Positions 36,130-44,550 of a stretch of 44,996 nt of DNA are shown here, in pieces. Position 1 is the first letter of the stretch, and each line of letters begins with the position of its first letter. Under the pieces are notes generated by a model. The model saw only the letters and a list, made by a program, of their open reading frames with translations. It was not told where the DNA came from and did not search any database. The position numbers were made by a program, and so were the translations under genes. This stretch comes from Tardiphaga sp. GTDB lineage: Bacteria; Pseudomonadota; Alphaproteobacteria; Rhizobiales; Xanthobacteraceae. The stretch covers positions 1 to 44,996 of the forward strand of contig JAQGKA010000504.1 in the NCBI GenBank assembly GCA_028290355.1, read 5' to 3'.

Positions 36130-36765
36130 ATGCAGTTGTTGGACGAAATCATTCAGAGCGCTGTTGACGACAAGACATCGCTGTCCGTTCTTTTGCGGAA
36201 ATGCTTACTTCTTGCCCATCAGCTAAAGAACGACAAGTTAAAGGCATGGGCGGAATACGAACTGAACGGCTATCCCGATGCGGATTCACTTCCGAAGTAC
36301 CGTGTTTGTAGAATTGTCGCCAAAGGAGCTTTCTATGGACCTGGAGGTGCGGCACTGAATGACCAACCGCTCGCACCGGCATCTCTTGAAAAAGATTTTC
36401 GGCACTGGGCAGAGACCGCACACCTAACTCAGCCGATCGCTTCCTACGACACCGGGAAGGGCGAGCATGGCGCAATTAACGGCGGAAGCATTGAATGGCC
36501 TGCAAATTTAGTCGCGCATGTTTCCGACGACTTCTTTCCGGGCTGGAACATGATACGCGCCCGCCAGGTTCTTCCCGGGTCTCTATTCGCAGCACTGATG
36601 GATACCGTTCGTAACCGGATACTCCAGCTTGCCCTAGAGCTGAAGGACGAGCTTGGCGGTGATATTTCGGACGTCAGTAAAATTCCCCATGGCCGCGTGG
36701 ACCAATCGGTAGTGAAGCGCGCAATTGACCGTGACATTAGTGGTTCCTTTCTGTTTGAGCATTGA
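36130..36765 (+). CDS. AbiTii-domain protein (possibly C-terminally truncated)
   Basis: L..LLRKC..LA..L....L..WA..ELNGY.....LP.YR is the AbiTii N-terminal signature, followed by ...D.VRNR.L..AL.L. Confidence 0.72.
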   Translation: MQLLDEIIQSAVDDKTSLSVLLRKCLLLAHQLKNDKLKAWAEYELNGYPDADSLPKYRVCRIVAKGAFYGPGGAALNDQPLAPASLEKDFRHWAETAHLTQPIASYDTGKGEHGAINGGSIEWPANLVAHVSDDFFPGWNMIRARQVLPGSLFAALMDTVRNRILQLALELKDELGGDISDVSKIPHGRVDQSVVKRAIDRDISGSFLFEH

Positions 36766-37239
36766 TGCAATTTTTCATCCTGTGGACACTGAAAGCCACT
36801 TCACATGAAACGGATATAGGTCAGCGCTCTGCAGATGCGAGAAAAGCCGAGTTCACTAAAGTCCGGGGTTTCAGAATCGCGCACGGCACAGTGATTGCGG
36901 TGAGCGCGGCTTATCTCGCTTACTGTGAGATAGCTTTTGGATTTTCACACTAGATCTGGTTTATCCGGAATCGCGTTAAGGAATTTTTTGGGATATTAGT
37001 CTGGGTGCGCAAAAAAGCGGTGATGCCCGCCACTGGACAGAAGTGCGGACCCGAGGAGCGGTGCATCGATGTGTCGGAAGTCAACCAAGGGAGGTGTGAC
37101 GTTCCTCGCAAAATGGGTTTGAAGGGATAACGACAGAAACGAACTGGGTCGTCTTAGGCGATGGGATTATTGCCCTCGCGCTTTCAGCCCGACTTTAGTG
37201 AGCAAAAGGTTCGAAAATCGATCCGCTTGCGAGCAACAG

Positions 37240-38211
37240 TCATACGCCGCTAACCTGTCTTGGCTTTATGTTGGGAATTAATGGCACTTCATCGGATGGC
37301 ACTTCGTGAGTGACAGAGGTAAGGAGAAATCCTAATCCGGTTTTTTCGAGCAGATGGTGCCATCCAGTCCAAATTTGTGCGGTTGATGGCAGCAAGGACT
37401 GTGCCGGGTCGTTCAGAGCGGCCTTAATGGCCTTACGTTGCTTGGAAGGCAGGGTCGCGAGCACCCGGTTCAGGCCCCTAATCCTGACGCTATCGAAAAA
37501 CTGCTGAGGGATTAGTTTATCAAGCAACGGTAGTATCGATTGGGTATAAACAAGCTGGACAACTTGGAACGGATCGGAAATGGCCGGCCATTCATGTCCT
37601 TTACACCTACGTGTCATTCTCCGTTCGATACGAAGGGATTGTCTAAGGGAAGGTTTGTGGATCTTTGTATATGCGACAGTACGATTAGATCGTGGGGTGC
37701 CCATGTATACGGTTTCAGGGCAACCATTGCGGTCGGTATAAACACCGTTCTTTTGCGACCGTTTGCTGAACACCAGCACCTCATCAACAGAACCGCCCCA
37801 TAGGTCAATGGCAATGTCGTACCTGGTCAGGGTACCGTTGGTGATGAAGTGCTGACCACCCAAGTGAGTGATCAGGTCCAGCAACGCGACAACATCGGAG
37901 ATTCCATTGGGACCAGTTTTGGCTGGCTTGAAGTCAATGCGAAGGTCGGCAATACCGGGTAATCGTGCTCCGGCTTCGATCATCAACGATCCAGTAGGCT
38001 TCGGATCGTTGATGGGAAGCGGAATGGTAAGTCGATGTCGATATCTGCGACCCGACTTAATTGTTGAACCCTTTAACCAACCATTGGTGGATAGTTCAAT
38101 TAGATGGCCACAGATGGTTGCTACCGCATCAAGATCAGGCTCGACAAAGGTCATTGCAAATCCATCAATGGAAATGCTGCAAGTTTGATTTGGATTCTGA
38201 TCAGGATTCAC
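37240..38211 (-). CDS. Rep_trans-like (replication initiator/MOBT relaxase-like) protein
   Basis: SIDGF, LRIDFKP.K, TRYDIAIDL, ETVYMG...S.....Y.K and LRIERR appear in the order expected for Rep_trans-family motifs. GTG start. Confidence 0.55.
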   Translation of the reverse strand: MNPDQNPNQTCSISIDGFAMTFVEPDLDAVATICGHLIELSTNGWLKGSTIKSGRRYRHRLTIPLPINDPKPTGSLMIEAGARLPGIADLRIDFKPAKTGPNGISDVVALLDLITHLGGQHFITNGTLTRYDIAIDLWGGSVDEVLVFSKRSQKNGVYTDRNGCPETVYMGTPRSNRTVAYTKIHKPSLRQSLRIERRMTRRCKGHEWPAISDPFQVVQLVYTQSILPLLDKLIPQQFFDSVRIRGLNRVLATLPSKQRKAIKAALNDPAQSLLPSTAQIWTGWHHLLEKTGLGFLLTSVTHEVPSDEVPLIPNIKPRQVSGV

Positions 38212-38487
38212 TTCGTAGGTCCTATTGGATTAAAGGGTATGCGAGGAGAAGAAAGTCGGTTCCTGACAGGAGGATAGAAGGGGCTGATCGGAAAATAGCG
38301 CTATAAGACAGGGTTGCGTTATTTCCACTCCTAGGATTAACTCGATGTGTAAGCTTTCGGAAGATCGTCGGGTCTGGACATGATCAAATCGACCCTGGCC
38401 AAATCCTGGCGCGTCAGTTCAACCCTGAGCGGGGGATTTTCTTGCTCATATATTTCAGTGATCATCGCAAATAGCGCGACGCGCCTA

Positions 38488-38978
38488 TCAGGTTCTGCCA
38501 GCCTTGGCATCCTTATGAATCAATTCTAGGGCTATCTCTGCCTGGGCAAACCCGATAGTTCCCGGAACCAGTTCGTGCGATTCGCTACGGAAAAATAGAA
38601 GGACGTTTCGGTAGAAATCGTCGCCGGGATCCATTGCTAATTTGTCTTGAAATGCATTCCAACCTTCCGCGGTGTCGAACAATGATCCTGCTCACTGACG
38701 AAATCGGTGCCAAACTCTGCAGTAAGGGCGTCAAAGATGGCCCAGGCATTGGAGTGAAGCTCGTCAAAGCTACTGTCGGCTCCGCCTTGTTCTTTGTAAG
38801 CGCTCAAAATGCCATCTTTACCGGAAAGGTATCGAAGGGATTCTGATGTATCGCTTTTTATGATTTCGCGAATACCATATTTGTCTAATCGCCCGTCAAA
38901 CAAACTATGAAATGGAATAGCGATCAGCGCTCTGTAGTCTGTGGACACCTTGATCTCCTCCATTGATGACACCGCCAC
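38488..38978 (-). pseudogene. Hypothetical protein split by a frameshift near 38680
   Basis: Two overlapping same-strand ORFs (38637-38978 and 38488-38682) read as one protein: ...AEFGTDFVSE / FDTAEGWNAFQDKLA...PGTIG... Confidence 0.5.
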
Positions 38979-39022
38979 GATCTAGGACGCCAAAGAGCTG
39001 ATTGCGAACGATATCGAGTTCG

Positions 39023-39688
39023 CTAATTCCTATGGTTTTTGCGCGCGCGATTTACTTTGAGAAACACTTGATGCGCTCGACGGGCCTTCGACCGGCTGAC
39101 CGGATGTGGCCAGTCTTTATTCTCCTGAGTGAAGTAGTGCAGTGCCGCCTCGAGTTTTCCGAGCTCTCGACGCTTGCGCTCGACTTTCAGGCCGAGCATT
39201 TTCATTCCATGATGTTCCCCAACCAACAGACTCTGCCATCGCGACTGTGCAGAGGGTTTTCCTATCGGCTGCTTAACAACCAAGCGAGGGCCGTCAGCCG
39301 TTGTTGGATCGAGCCGATCTGCTAACCATGCCACGATCCGCGCATCTGGGTTCGGGGTTCGACGGAGATAATCTGCGATCCCCGGCGGATTGTCGTTGTC
39401 CAGGAGAACTTCGATAGGGTCATCCGAGTTGACCGGCGAATGCTTCCGAGGTCGACCGGCTCTCTTTCTCAAAACGTATCTACTTAACTTGGGGTCACTT
39501 GGGTCCAGCTTATCGGCCAACTCACGGATGATACGGCGATCGATGCTCTCGGCAGTGCGCAAGTACTGGGCCGGAAGCCCCGTATCATCATGGTAGATAG
39601 CTTCAAGGCATTCCCCCCAATGAATCGGATCCTCCCACGGAAGAGACCCAATCGATTCGATGGATTGCTTTCTATTTTCTGACGACAT
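39023..39688 (-). CDS. Hypothetical protein with an internal duplication and a basic, HTH-like tail
   Basis: 221-aa ORF with repeats YLR.......I...LADKLDP...GRP and YLR.......I...LADRLDP...GKP. Confidence 0.6.
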   Translation of the reverse strand: MSSENRKQSIESIGSLPWEDPIHWGECLEAIYHDDTGLPAQYLRTAESIDRRIIRELADKLDPSDPKLSRYVLRKRAGRPRKHSPVNSDDPIEVLLDNDNPPGIADYLRRTPNPDARIVAWLADRLDPTTADGPRLVVKQPIGKPSAQSRWQSLLVGEHHGMKMLGLKVERKRRELGKLEAALHYFTQENKDWPHPVSRSKARRAHQVFLKVNRARKNHRN

Positions 39689-39770
39689 CGATACGCCGTG
39701 TCCAGTTAAGAAGATTCTTCACCACCCGCGCCACTGGTCAGCCGACATCGCCATCAAAAAAAAAGGATGT

Positions 39771-39868
39771 CAAATCAGCAGTCAGAAATGGAAAGTAGCC
39801 TCTGTCTACGGTGTTTCTTCTAATACCGTAACGTCCGTAACAAGGTAACAAATCAGCAGCGACGTAAC
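39771..39868. repeat. Iteron-like repeats, candidate replication origin of the element
   Basis: GTAAC at 39828, 39837, 39845 and 39864, and CAAATCAGCAG at 39771 and 39849, directly downstream of the DUF3631 ATPase stop. Confidence 0.5.
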
Positions 39869-39870
39869 TG

Positions 39871-40971
39871 TCAGGTATACCGAGCGAAAGAATCCGCAAA
39901 TTGGGCTAATAGATAGCCCTTTGCCGTGAATCCACCGAACCGATGTGTATCAGGCCGCACCCCATACGGCGAAAGCACCTTTGCTAATTGGACGGGCGTC
40001 ATCGGCTGTTCATTCCTCCATTCAGGCCATTGCCGGTGTTCCATCTCGGCCAGGTCCGAAACCAGATCTGTCGATCGGAGACGATCAACACCGCGGACTG
40101 AGAATATCTGCTTGATGTCGAAAAGAAGAAGATCTCCGATGGCTTCATCGTGCTCGAGGCCGGTCACCGCTATTGCCGCAGTTCGGGCCCGGAGGCTCCA
40201 AGTCTCTCCGGCCAAATCCGCGATAGCCAGTAGCTGACGCCAATTGTCAGCAGCTCGATCATTTAGTTCAACGGGAATGTCGGGGTCAGGATCCTTAATA
40301 AGATGGCTGTTCGTCGCAGCCCACTGAGCGGCGGCTTCGCGCAAATGAAATAATTCACCATCTCCGTCCAGTCGAAGCCGCTCGGTCCTTTCGCTCGGGC
40401 TCTTGCGGGACAGACGGATGACAATCGAACGATCTTCGAGAGTTGGCGGAAGTTTGCCGATCATCGCGAGAACTTTTGGGCACCACACGGAGAAATCCTG
40501 AATGCCGTCGCAGGCGCTACCACTCACCCGCGTTACATACGCGCTTTCACGAACATGACCGGCATTCAGGATTCCGAGCAACATCTGATTCTGTCTCAGG
40601 AACGTGTCGGCTTCATCGATGAGGAGCGTGGGCGATCTTTGTTCGATAACGCGATACAGTGCCGCAGAGCTGATGTTGGCCGTGGTGACTGGGCGGGGCA
40701 CCAAAGAACCGATGAGATTCAATGCCGTCGTCTTTCCGCAACGACGGTCCGGAGAAACCAAAGCCAAAACTGGTGAGATCCGGCCCACATCATGGCAATA
40801 CGCGTTGAGGATCCACAATGCTAACGCGTCTGCCGCTCCTGGCGGAAGCACCAGGTGGCGGGCTAATTTTTCCGCCAACCGCTCGAGAAGGCGATTGAGA
40901 TCAACAGGCGCAGCACTTGCGGTTTCTGGATGATCCCTGGCTGTGGTATTAATATCGACCGCGGTGTTCAT
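39871..40971 (-). CDS. DUF3631-domain P-loop ATPase (helicase module of satellite/integrative-element primase-helicases)
   Basis: ALW...Y, Walker A SPDRRCGKTT, Walker B LLIDEAD, DRSI.I.L.R, DRAADNW..LLAIAD.AG..W and a C-terminal winged-helix-like LA..L..YG..P......KGY....F.D.F.RY. Confidence 0.82.
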   Translation of the reverse strand: MNTAVDINTTARDHPETASAAPVDLNRLLERLAEKLARHLVLPPGAADALALWILNAYCHDVGRISPVLALVSPDRRCGKTTALNLIGSLVPRPVTTANISSAALYRVIEQRSPTLLIDEADTFLRQNQMLLGILNAGHVRESAYVTRVSGSACDGIQDFSVWCPKVLAMIGKLPPTLEDRSIVIRLSRKSPSERTERLRLDGDGELFHLREAAAQWAATNSHLIKDPDPDIPVELNDRAADNWRQLLAIADLAGETWSLRARTAAIAVTGLEHDEAIGDLLLFDIKQIFSVRGVDRLRSTDLVSDLAEMEHRQWPEWRNEQPMTPVQLAKVLSPYGVRPDTHRFGGFTAKGYLLAQFADSFARYT

Positions 40972-42223
40972 GACGCCACTTCTCCTTGGCCACCCCGCCC
41001 GCGCTCCCTGTTTCGCTGCTCCGCTCTCGCATCACGTCCGCATAGGATTTTCCAGTGGTCCTTAACGTCGCCTGTCGACCCGTAAAGTTCTGCCAACGTT
41101 CGATCGCGATTGCGCAGTACTTCGGATCGATATCCATCGCGTAACACCGCCGATGGCTCAACTCGGCGGCGATGATGGTCGTGCCGCTTCCGACGAACGG
41201 GTCATAGACGGCATCGCCCTCCTGCGAACTGTTTTGAATGGGGCGAAGCATACACTCGGCGGGCTTCTGCGTGCTGTGGCCGTGGCCACGGTCGTCGCAG
41301 TTGTCGATTTTCCAGACGTTCGACTGAGATCGACGAACATTCCAATGAGCAACTTTGCCCTCCCTTACTGCATAGAAGCAGGTTTCCGCTTGCCAGCAGT
41401 AATGTCCGCGCGAAATGACGGGACGGTTCTTTTCCCAGACGATAAGGTTTCGAACAATGAGCTGATGATCCTCCAATGAAAGCTGCGCGGAAGCCGCGTG
41501 GCGACCAGAAAACCACACATACGCAACGTCACCAGGAAACAAGGCCCAGGCCTCGGACCAATCGTGCCGGTCATCATTGGAGACCTCGCCCATTTTGCCT
41601 AAGTTGTTATTGCCGATCTTCTTGCGCCAACCCGGCTGGTAGTTATCGCCGTAAGGCGGGTCGGTGACCATCAAGTGCGGAACCGCTCCGCCGAGAAGAC
41701 GGTCGACGTCCACTGCGATGGTAGCGTCGCCGCAATAAAGTCGATGCGAACCCAGATTCCAGAGGTCTCCAGGAAGGACCCGCGATGATGCATGTTGAGG
41801 AACGCTCTCTTCGGCGATTCTCTCCATCCGCTCGGCCGCTCTCAGTAGATCGAATGCGCTATAAGGACTTTTGTCCATATCCATCCGCTTGAGGAATTTC
41901 TCATACTTCGCCGGATCCGCTTGCGCGCGCTCATAGACGTAGATTCTGCGTCGGACTGCTCCCGCTCCCTCCCCATAAATAGCTGCGACCTTTTCGGTAC
42001 AGCTTTCTCGCCGGCTTGCGACCCGTACACCATCCGTCGTGCAAGTTGGCCTCGGTATCAAATCGGTCCGTTCGCCTCGGCGCGTTTGTTGTTCTAAGAT
42101 CTTTTTCGTCGCCAATTGCTTTTTCGCCAGCACGGACTGAAGGTTTGTCTTGGCGGTAATGTCGTCAACGACTTCATAACGAAGATGGGCGGGCAACAGT
42201 TCGAGCATTTCTAGTTGCTTCAT
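40949..42223 (-). CDS. Orphan N6-adenine/N4-cytosine DNA methyltransferase (beta class) with a ParB-like helical N-terminus
   Basis: GDLW.LG.HRL.CGD, DPPY (motif IV) before H.TQKP and DPFVGSGTT (motif I), DPKYC....RWQ..TG. N-terminal RGERTDL...KVAA..G....VRR. Confidence 0.88.
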   Translation of the reverse strand: MKQLEMLELLPAHLRYEVVDDITAKTNLQSVLAKKQLATKKILEQQTRRGERTDLIPRPTCTTDGVRVASRRESCTEKVAAIYGEGAGAVRRRIYVYERAQADPAKYEKFLKRMDMDKSPYSAFDLLRAAERMERIAEESVPQHASSRVLPGDLWNLGSHRLYCGDATIAVDVDRLLGGAVPHLMVTDPPYGDNYQPGWRKKIGNNNLGKMGEVSNDDRHDWSEAWALFPGDVAYVWFSGRHAASAQLSLEDHQLIVRNLIVWEKNRPVISRGHYCWQAETCFYAVREGKVAHWNVRRSQSNVWKIDNCDDRGHGHSTQKPAECMLRPIQNSSQEGDAVYDPFVGSGTTIIAAELSHRRCYAMDIDPKYCAIAIERWQNFTGRQATLRTTGKSYADVMRERSSETGSAGGVAKEKWRHEHRGRY

Positions 42224-42531
42224 GCTGCACCGGACACGACGGCGACTTCAACGGTGCTCCATCCGAGCTTCCTGACGGCTGCGAGCCAACGGGCGCCGGC
42301 AACGAGACGGCCGTCAGCCGTGATCGTGATGGGGTCCCTCAAGCCGTATTGGCGTACGATTTCCGCGAGCAAATCGATATTGGAAGTGATGACATCTTGA
42401 TCGAACCCTTCCCGCACGAGGATTGACGTTACCGGTACTGACCGTCGCACGAAGGGCGATGGGGGTCGCCCTGTCGCGGAACCGCGAACGTCGACGGCCG
42501 TTGCATGGTTGGTCGCGGTCGCGTCAACCAT
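42220..42531 (-). CDS. ParB N-terminal (ParBc/Srx-like) domain protein
   Basis: LA..V...GL..PI.IT.DG.LVAGARWLAA...LGW..V.V. The stop overlaps the MTase ATG. Start uncertain (42531-42603). Confidence 0.7.
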   Translation of the reverse strand: MVDATATNHATAVDVRGSATGRPPSPFVRRSVPVTSILVREGFDQDVITSNIDLLAEIVRQYGLRDPITITADGRLVAGARWLAAVRKLGWSTVEVAVVSGAA

Positions 42532-42733
42532 GACGCGCATCTTGCGGATCGGCGCCATGCGATGACGGCCGCGAGAGGAGCCATGCTTCTGCGTCGTCAA
42601 CAATGATCAGCGTACGTTGGCCAACCTTGATCGCGCGAAGGCGACGGGCCTTGATTTCTTCGTATGCCATGGTGCGGCCTACACCGTAATTTTTGCAGAA
42701 TTCGGCAATCGAGAGAGTTCTTTTATTAGTCAT
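42524..42733 (-). CDS. Excisionase/AlpA-like HTH DNA-binding protein
   Basis: LSIAEFC..YGVGRT.AYEEIK..RL.A.KVG.RTLI...DAEAWL. Confidence 0.85.
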   Translation of the reverse strand: MTNKRTLSIAEFCKNYGVGRTMAYEEIKARRLRAIKVGQRTLIIVDDAEAWLLSRPSSHGADPQDARHG

Positions 42734-42805
42734 GTGATTTTTTGAAGCCTATGTGAAGTTACTTGCTACCTCACACAGCAATAGCGAAGCCAAAGGCTCT
42801 TGAAT

Positions 42806-42907
42806 TTGGACAATCGAGAATTATTTCACAAAGCTTTTTGTCTTGTGGCAGGTAAAAAACCTTTACCATTGGACAATCTACGAACATTTCTGGAAGCTTT
42901 TTGTCCA
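42806..42907. promoter_or_regulatory. Two 37-bp operator-like units spaced 63 bp apart, upstream of the excisionase operon
   Basis: TTGGACAATC-N15-AAGCTTTTTGTC at 42806-42842 and 42869-42905. Each unit has GACAA...TTGTC dyad ends. Confidence 0.5.
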
Positions 42908-43062
42908 GGGCGCTTGAGGTCACCGACGCCATCGATGATCGTTCGGACGGGATACTCGCAATGACGAACCAACTTCGCCGGCGGATGGTGACCAAACCCT
43001 CAATGCACTTCCCAGGTAGCGGTTGGAGATCTTCCCCGGCGAGGACCAAAACACATCGCCTC

Positions 43063-43767
43063 TCAAATACCGGATAGACCGCGAGGCCGACGCCGTGGCC
43101 TACCTTGACGCCTCTTCACGATCATCGCATTAGGGTCAGGGCCGGGATAAATTCCGGCTTCGCGTAGAATGTGACCGATAAATTCTGTGCATTTACTGGT
43201 CGGCGAATTGCCGACTCCTTGTCCAGGAAAGTGCTTCTGAAAAATCGCCGGCAGATCAACGGTGATTAGAGTGTCCAGCGTCGCCGGCTCAAGAAAGCCA
43301 ATCATACGTTTAAGAATCTCATCGTCGGAAAGCCAGCCGAGAAATTGGTCCCTTAAACGAAAAAATTCGCGAATCTCCGCTTCCACGAAATCTTCGTAGT
43401 GGGCGTAGCCAGTCGACCCGACTAATTTATCGTAAGAACTCAGGTCTCGCGCCCCACTGTCCTTTTTGCGGCCGGCATGGTTCCTACCGACGGCATTCAG
43501 TATCCATTCGTTTTTCGGAGTGTTCTCTATTTTGAGGAGAGCATTCCGAAGATGCTTTTGAGTGTTACGAACGGACGGTGATAGTCGTCGGTCCTGAGCA
43601 ATACGCATTAAGGGTTCAAACGCCCGAGCGAGATCTTGACCTAGCAAAGCGAGGTCACAGTTAGGCAATTCCCTAAACGTTTCCTTCAACACCGTTCGGA
43701 TCTGCTGATTGGTGAGGGGCGTCACGCCGTCAGTCTTCATCACCGCGTGCTTGGAAGTCTTAGCCAT
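43063..43767 (-). CDS. Hypothetical protein of the integrative element
   Basis: 234-aa ORF between the integrase remnant and the excisionase, with an Arg-rich tail. No family recognised. Confidence 0.6.
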   Translation of the reverse strand: MAKTSKHAVMKTDGVTPLTNQQIRTVLKETFRELPNCDLALLGQDLARAFEPLMRIAQDRRLSPSVRNTQKHLRNALLKIENTPKNEWILNAVGRNHAGRKKDSGARDLSSYDKLVGSTGYAHYEDFVEAEIREFFRLRDQFLGWLSDDEILKRMIGFLEPATLDTLITVDLPAIFQKHFPGQGVGNSPTSKCTEFIGHILREAGIYPGPDPNAMIVKRRQGRPRRRPRGLSGI

Positions 43768-43849
43768 CCATGCAATCCCGAAAATCTGAAAAATAACCTA
43801 GTGCAGCGCATCAATTGACATTTGGCTTGAAGCGGAACGGCCGCGCGTG

Positions 43850-44075
43850 ATGCGATCGCATCTGGATAGTTGGTCCAGTAGTCACCTCTCAGCGTTTCGG
43901 TATCCTGCGCGATTGTAAATTGCCTGTCCAGCGTGCGGATCGCTGCGCAAGATGCCGTTCGACGACATCGGATCGAAAGCCCATTTCATTAAAGGCCATC
44001 AACACCATCGAGCGGAAGGCGTGAACACTCGCGCGGCGATGATAGCCGACGCTCTGGGGCCTAAAACGCATCTCT
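43850..44075 (-). pseudogene. Degenerate P4-type tyrosine integrase (C-terminal catalytic part)
   Basis: VHAFRS....FNEMGFRSDVVERHLA (HxxR and LAH boxes), then after a frameshift AIYNRAGY (catalytic Tyr, cf. AYNRAEY). The N-terminal part is missing. Confidence 0.8.
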
Positions 44076-44233
44076 TTACCGTTTTTTACTCGCCGGTATT
44101 AGGCAAATCGAGCAAAATCGACGATAGCCGGTCCGCCTGCGCAAAAACAAGAAATGCGGAATGTCGTTGGACAAAAGTTTGAAGAAGGGCAGCGTAGCAC
44201 GGTGGCGATTCGCAGTAAGGTGATGAGAATCTG

Positions 44234-44272
44234 TAGCGCTCCCTTGGGGAATCGAACCCCTGTTTAGCCTTG
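44234..44272 (-). other. Degenerate 3' half of a tRNA-Glu-like gene (att-site remnant)
   Basis: Minus strand CAAGGCTAAACAGGGGTTCGATTCCCCAAGGGAGCGCTA has a T-arm (GGGG-TTCGATT-CCCC) and an acceptor-3' strand like GGGAGCGCCA. No D-arm or 5' half, and CCA is altered. Confidence 0.65.
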
Positions 44273-44300
44273 CGCCCATGTAGCCCTATTTTGATAGGCG

Positions 44301-44399
44301 TGTTGGTATGTTTGTTGGTACCTTTCTGATCAACACAGCGTCAACATATTGAATTTATTTGCAACATAGGCACCGGTATGGTGGCTGCCGGGCCCACCA
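44301..44399 (+). other. att-like site: TGTTGGTA direct repeats, an AT-rich spacer and a 15-nt tRNA 3' end (CTGCCGGGCCCACCA)
   Basis: TGTTGGTA at 44301 and 44313. 44385-44399 resembles the 3' end of an alphaproteobacterial CAU-anticodon tRNA (Ile2/Met) ending in CCA. Confidence 0.55.
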
Positions 44400-44497
44400 C
44401 GCTTCGCCCTTACGGGCTACGCGTGGCGCAGCCACGTGAAGATCGCAAGGCCGAATCGTGTCCGGCATAGCTTGAGCGAAGCGAAAGCGTAGACGGA
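44400..44497. repeat. Palindrome-rich intergenic repeat-like element
   Basis: Nested inverted repeats CGCTTCGC(44400)/GCGAAGCG(44476), GCCC/GGGC and CGTGGC-gca-GCCACG. From memory it resembles repeats seen downstream of rhizobial tRNAs (unverified). Confidence 0.4.
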
Positions 44498-44550
44498 CGG
44501 GAACGCGAAGCGAGCAAGGCTGCCGCGCCGGAGATGTTCCGCCACAGGCG

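Larger units (their letters stand above)
36800..44400 (-). mobile_element. Decaying integrative element resembling a phage satellite (P4/PICI-like)
   Basis: Co-oriented integrase remnant, excisionase, ParB, MTase, DUF3631 ATPase and Rep-like genes next to tRNA-end att remnants. Visibly AT-richer than the T2SS region. The left boundary is approximate. Confidence 0.65.

Noticed and set aside
40949-42223. Restriction-modification system
   Set aside because: No adjacent endonuclease. The architecture matches phage/element orphan methyltransferases.
42806-42905. Mini-CRISPR interpretation of the 63-bp periodic repeat
   Set aside because: Only two imperfect units with variable centres, and no cas genes.
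44234-44272. Functional tRNA-Glu gene
   Set aside because: Only the 3' half is present, with mismatches and no CCA; treated as an att remnant.
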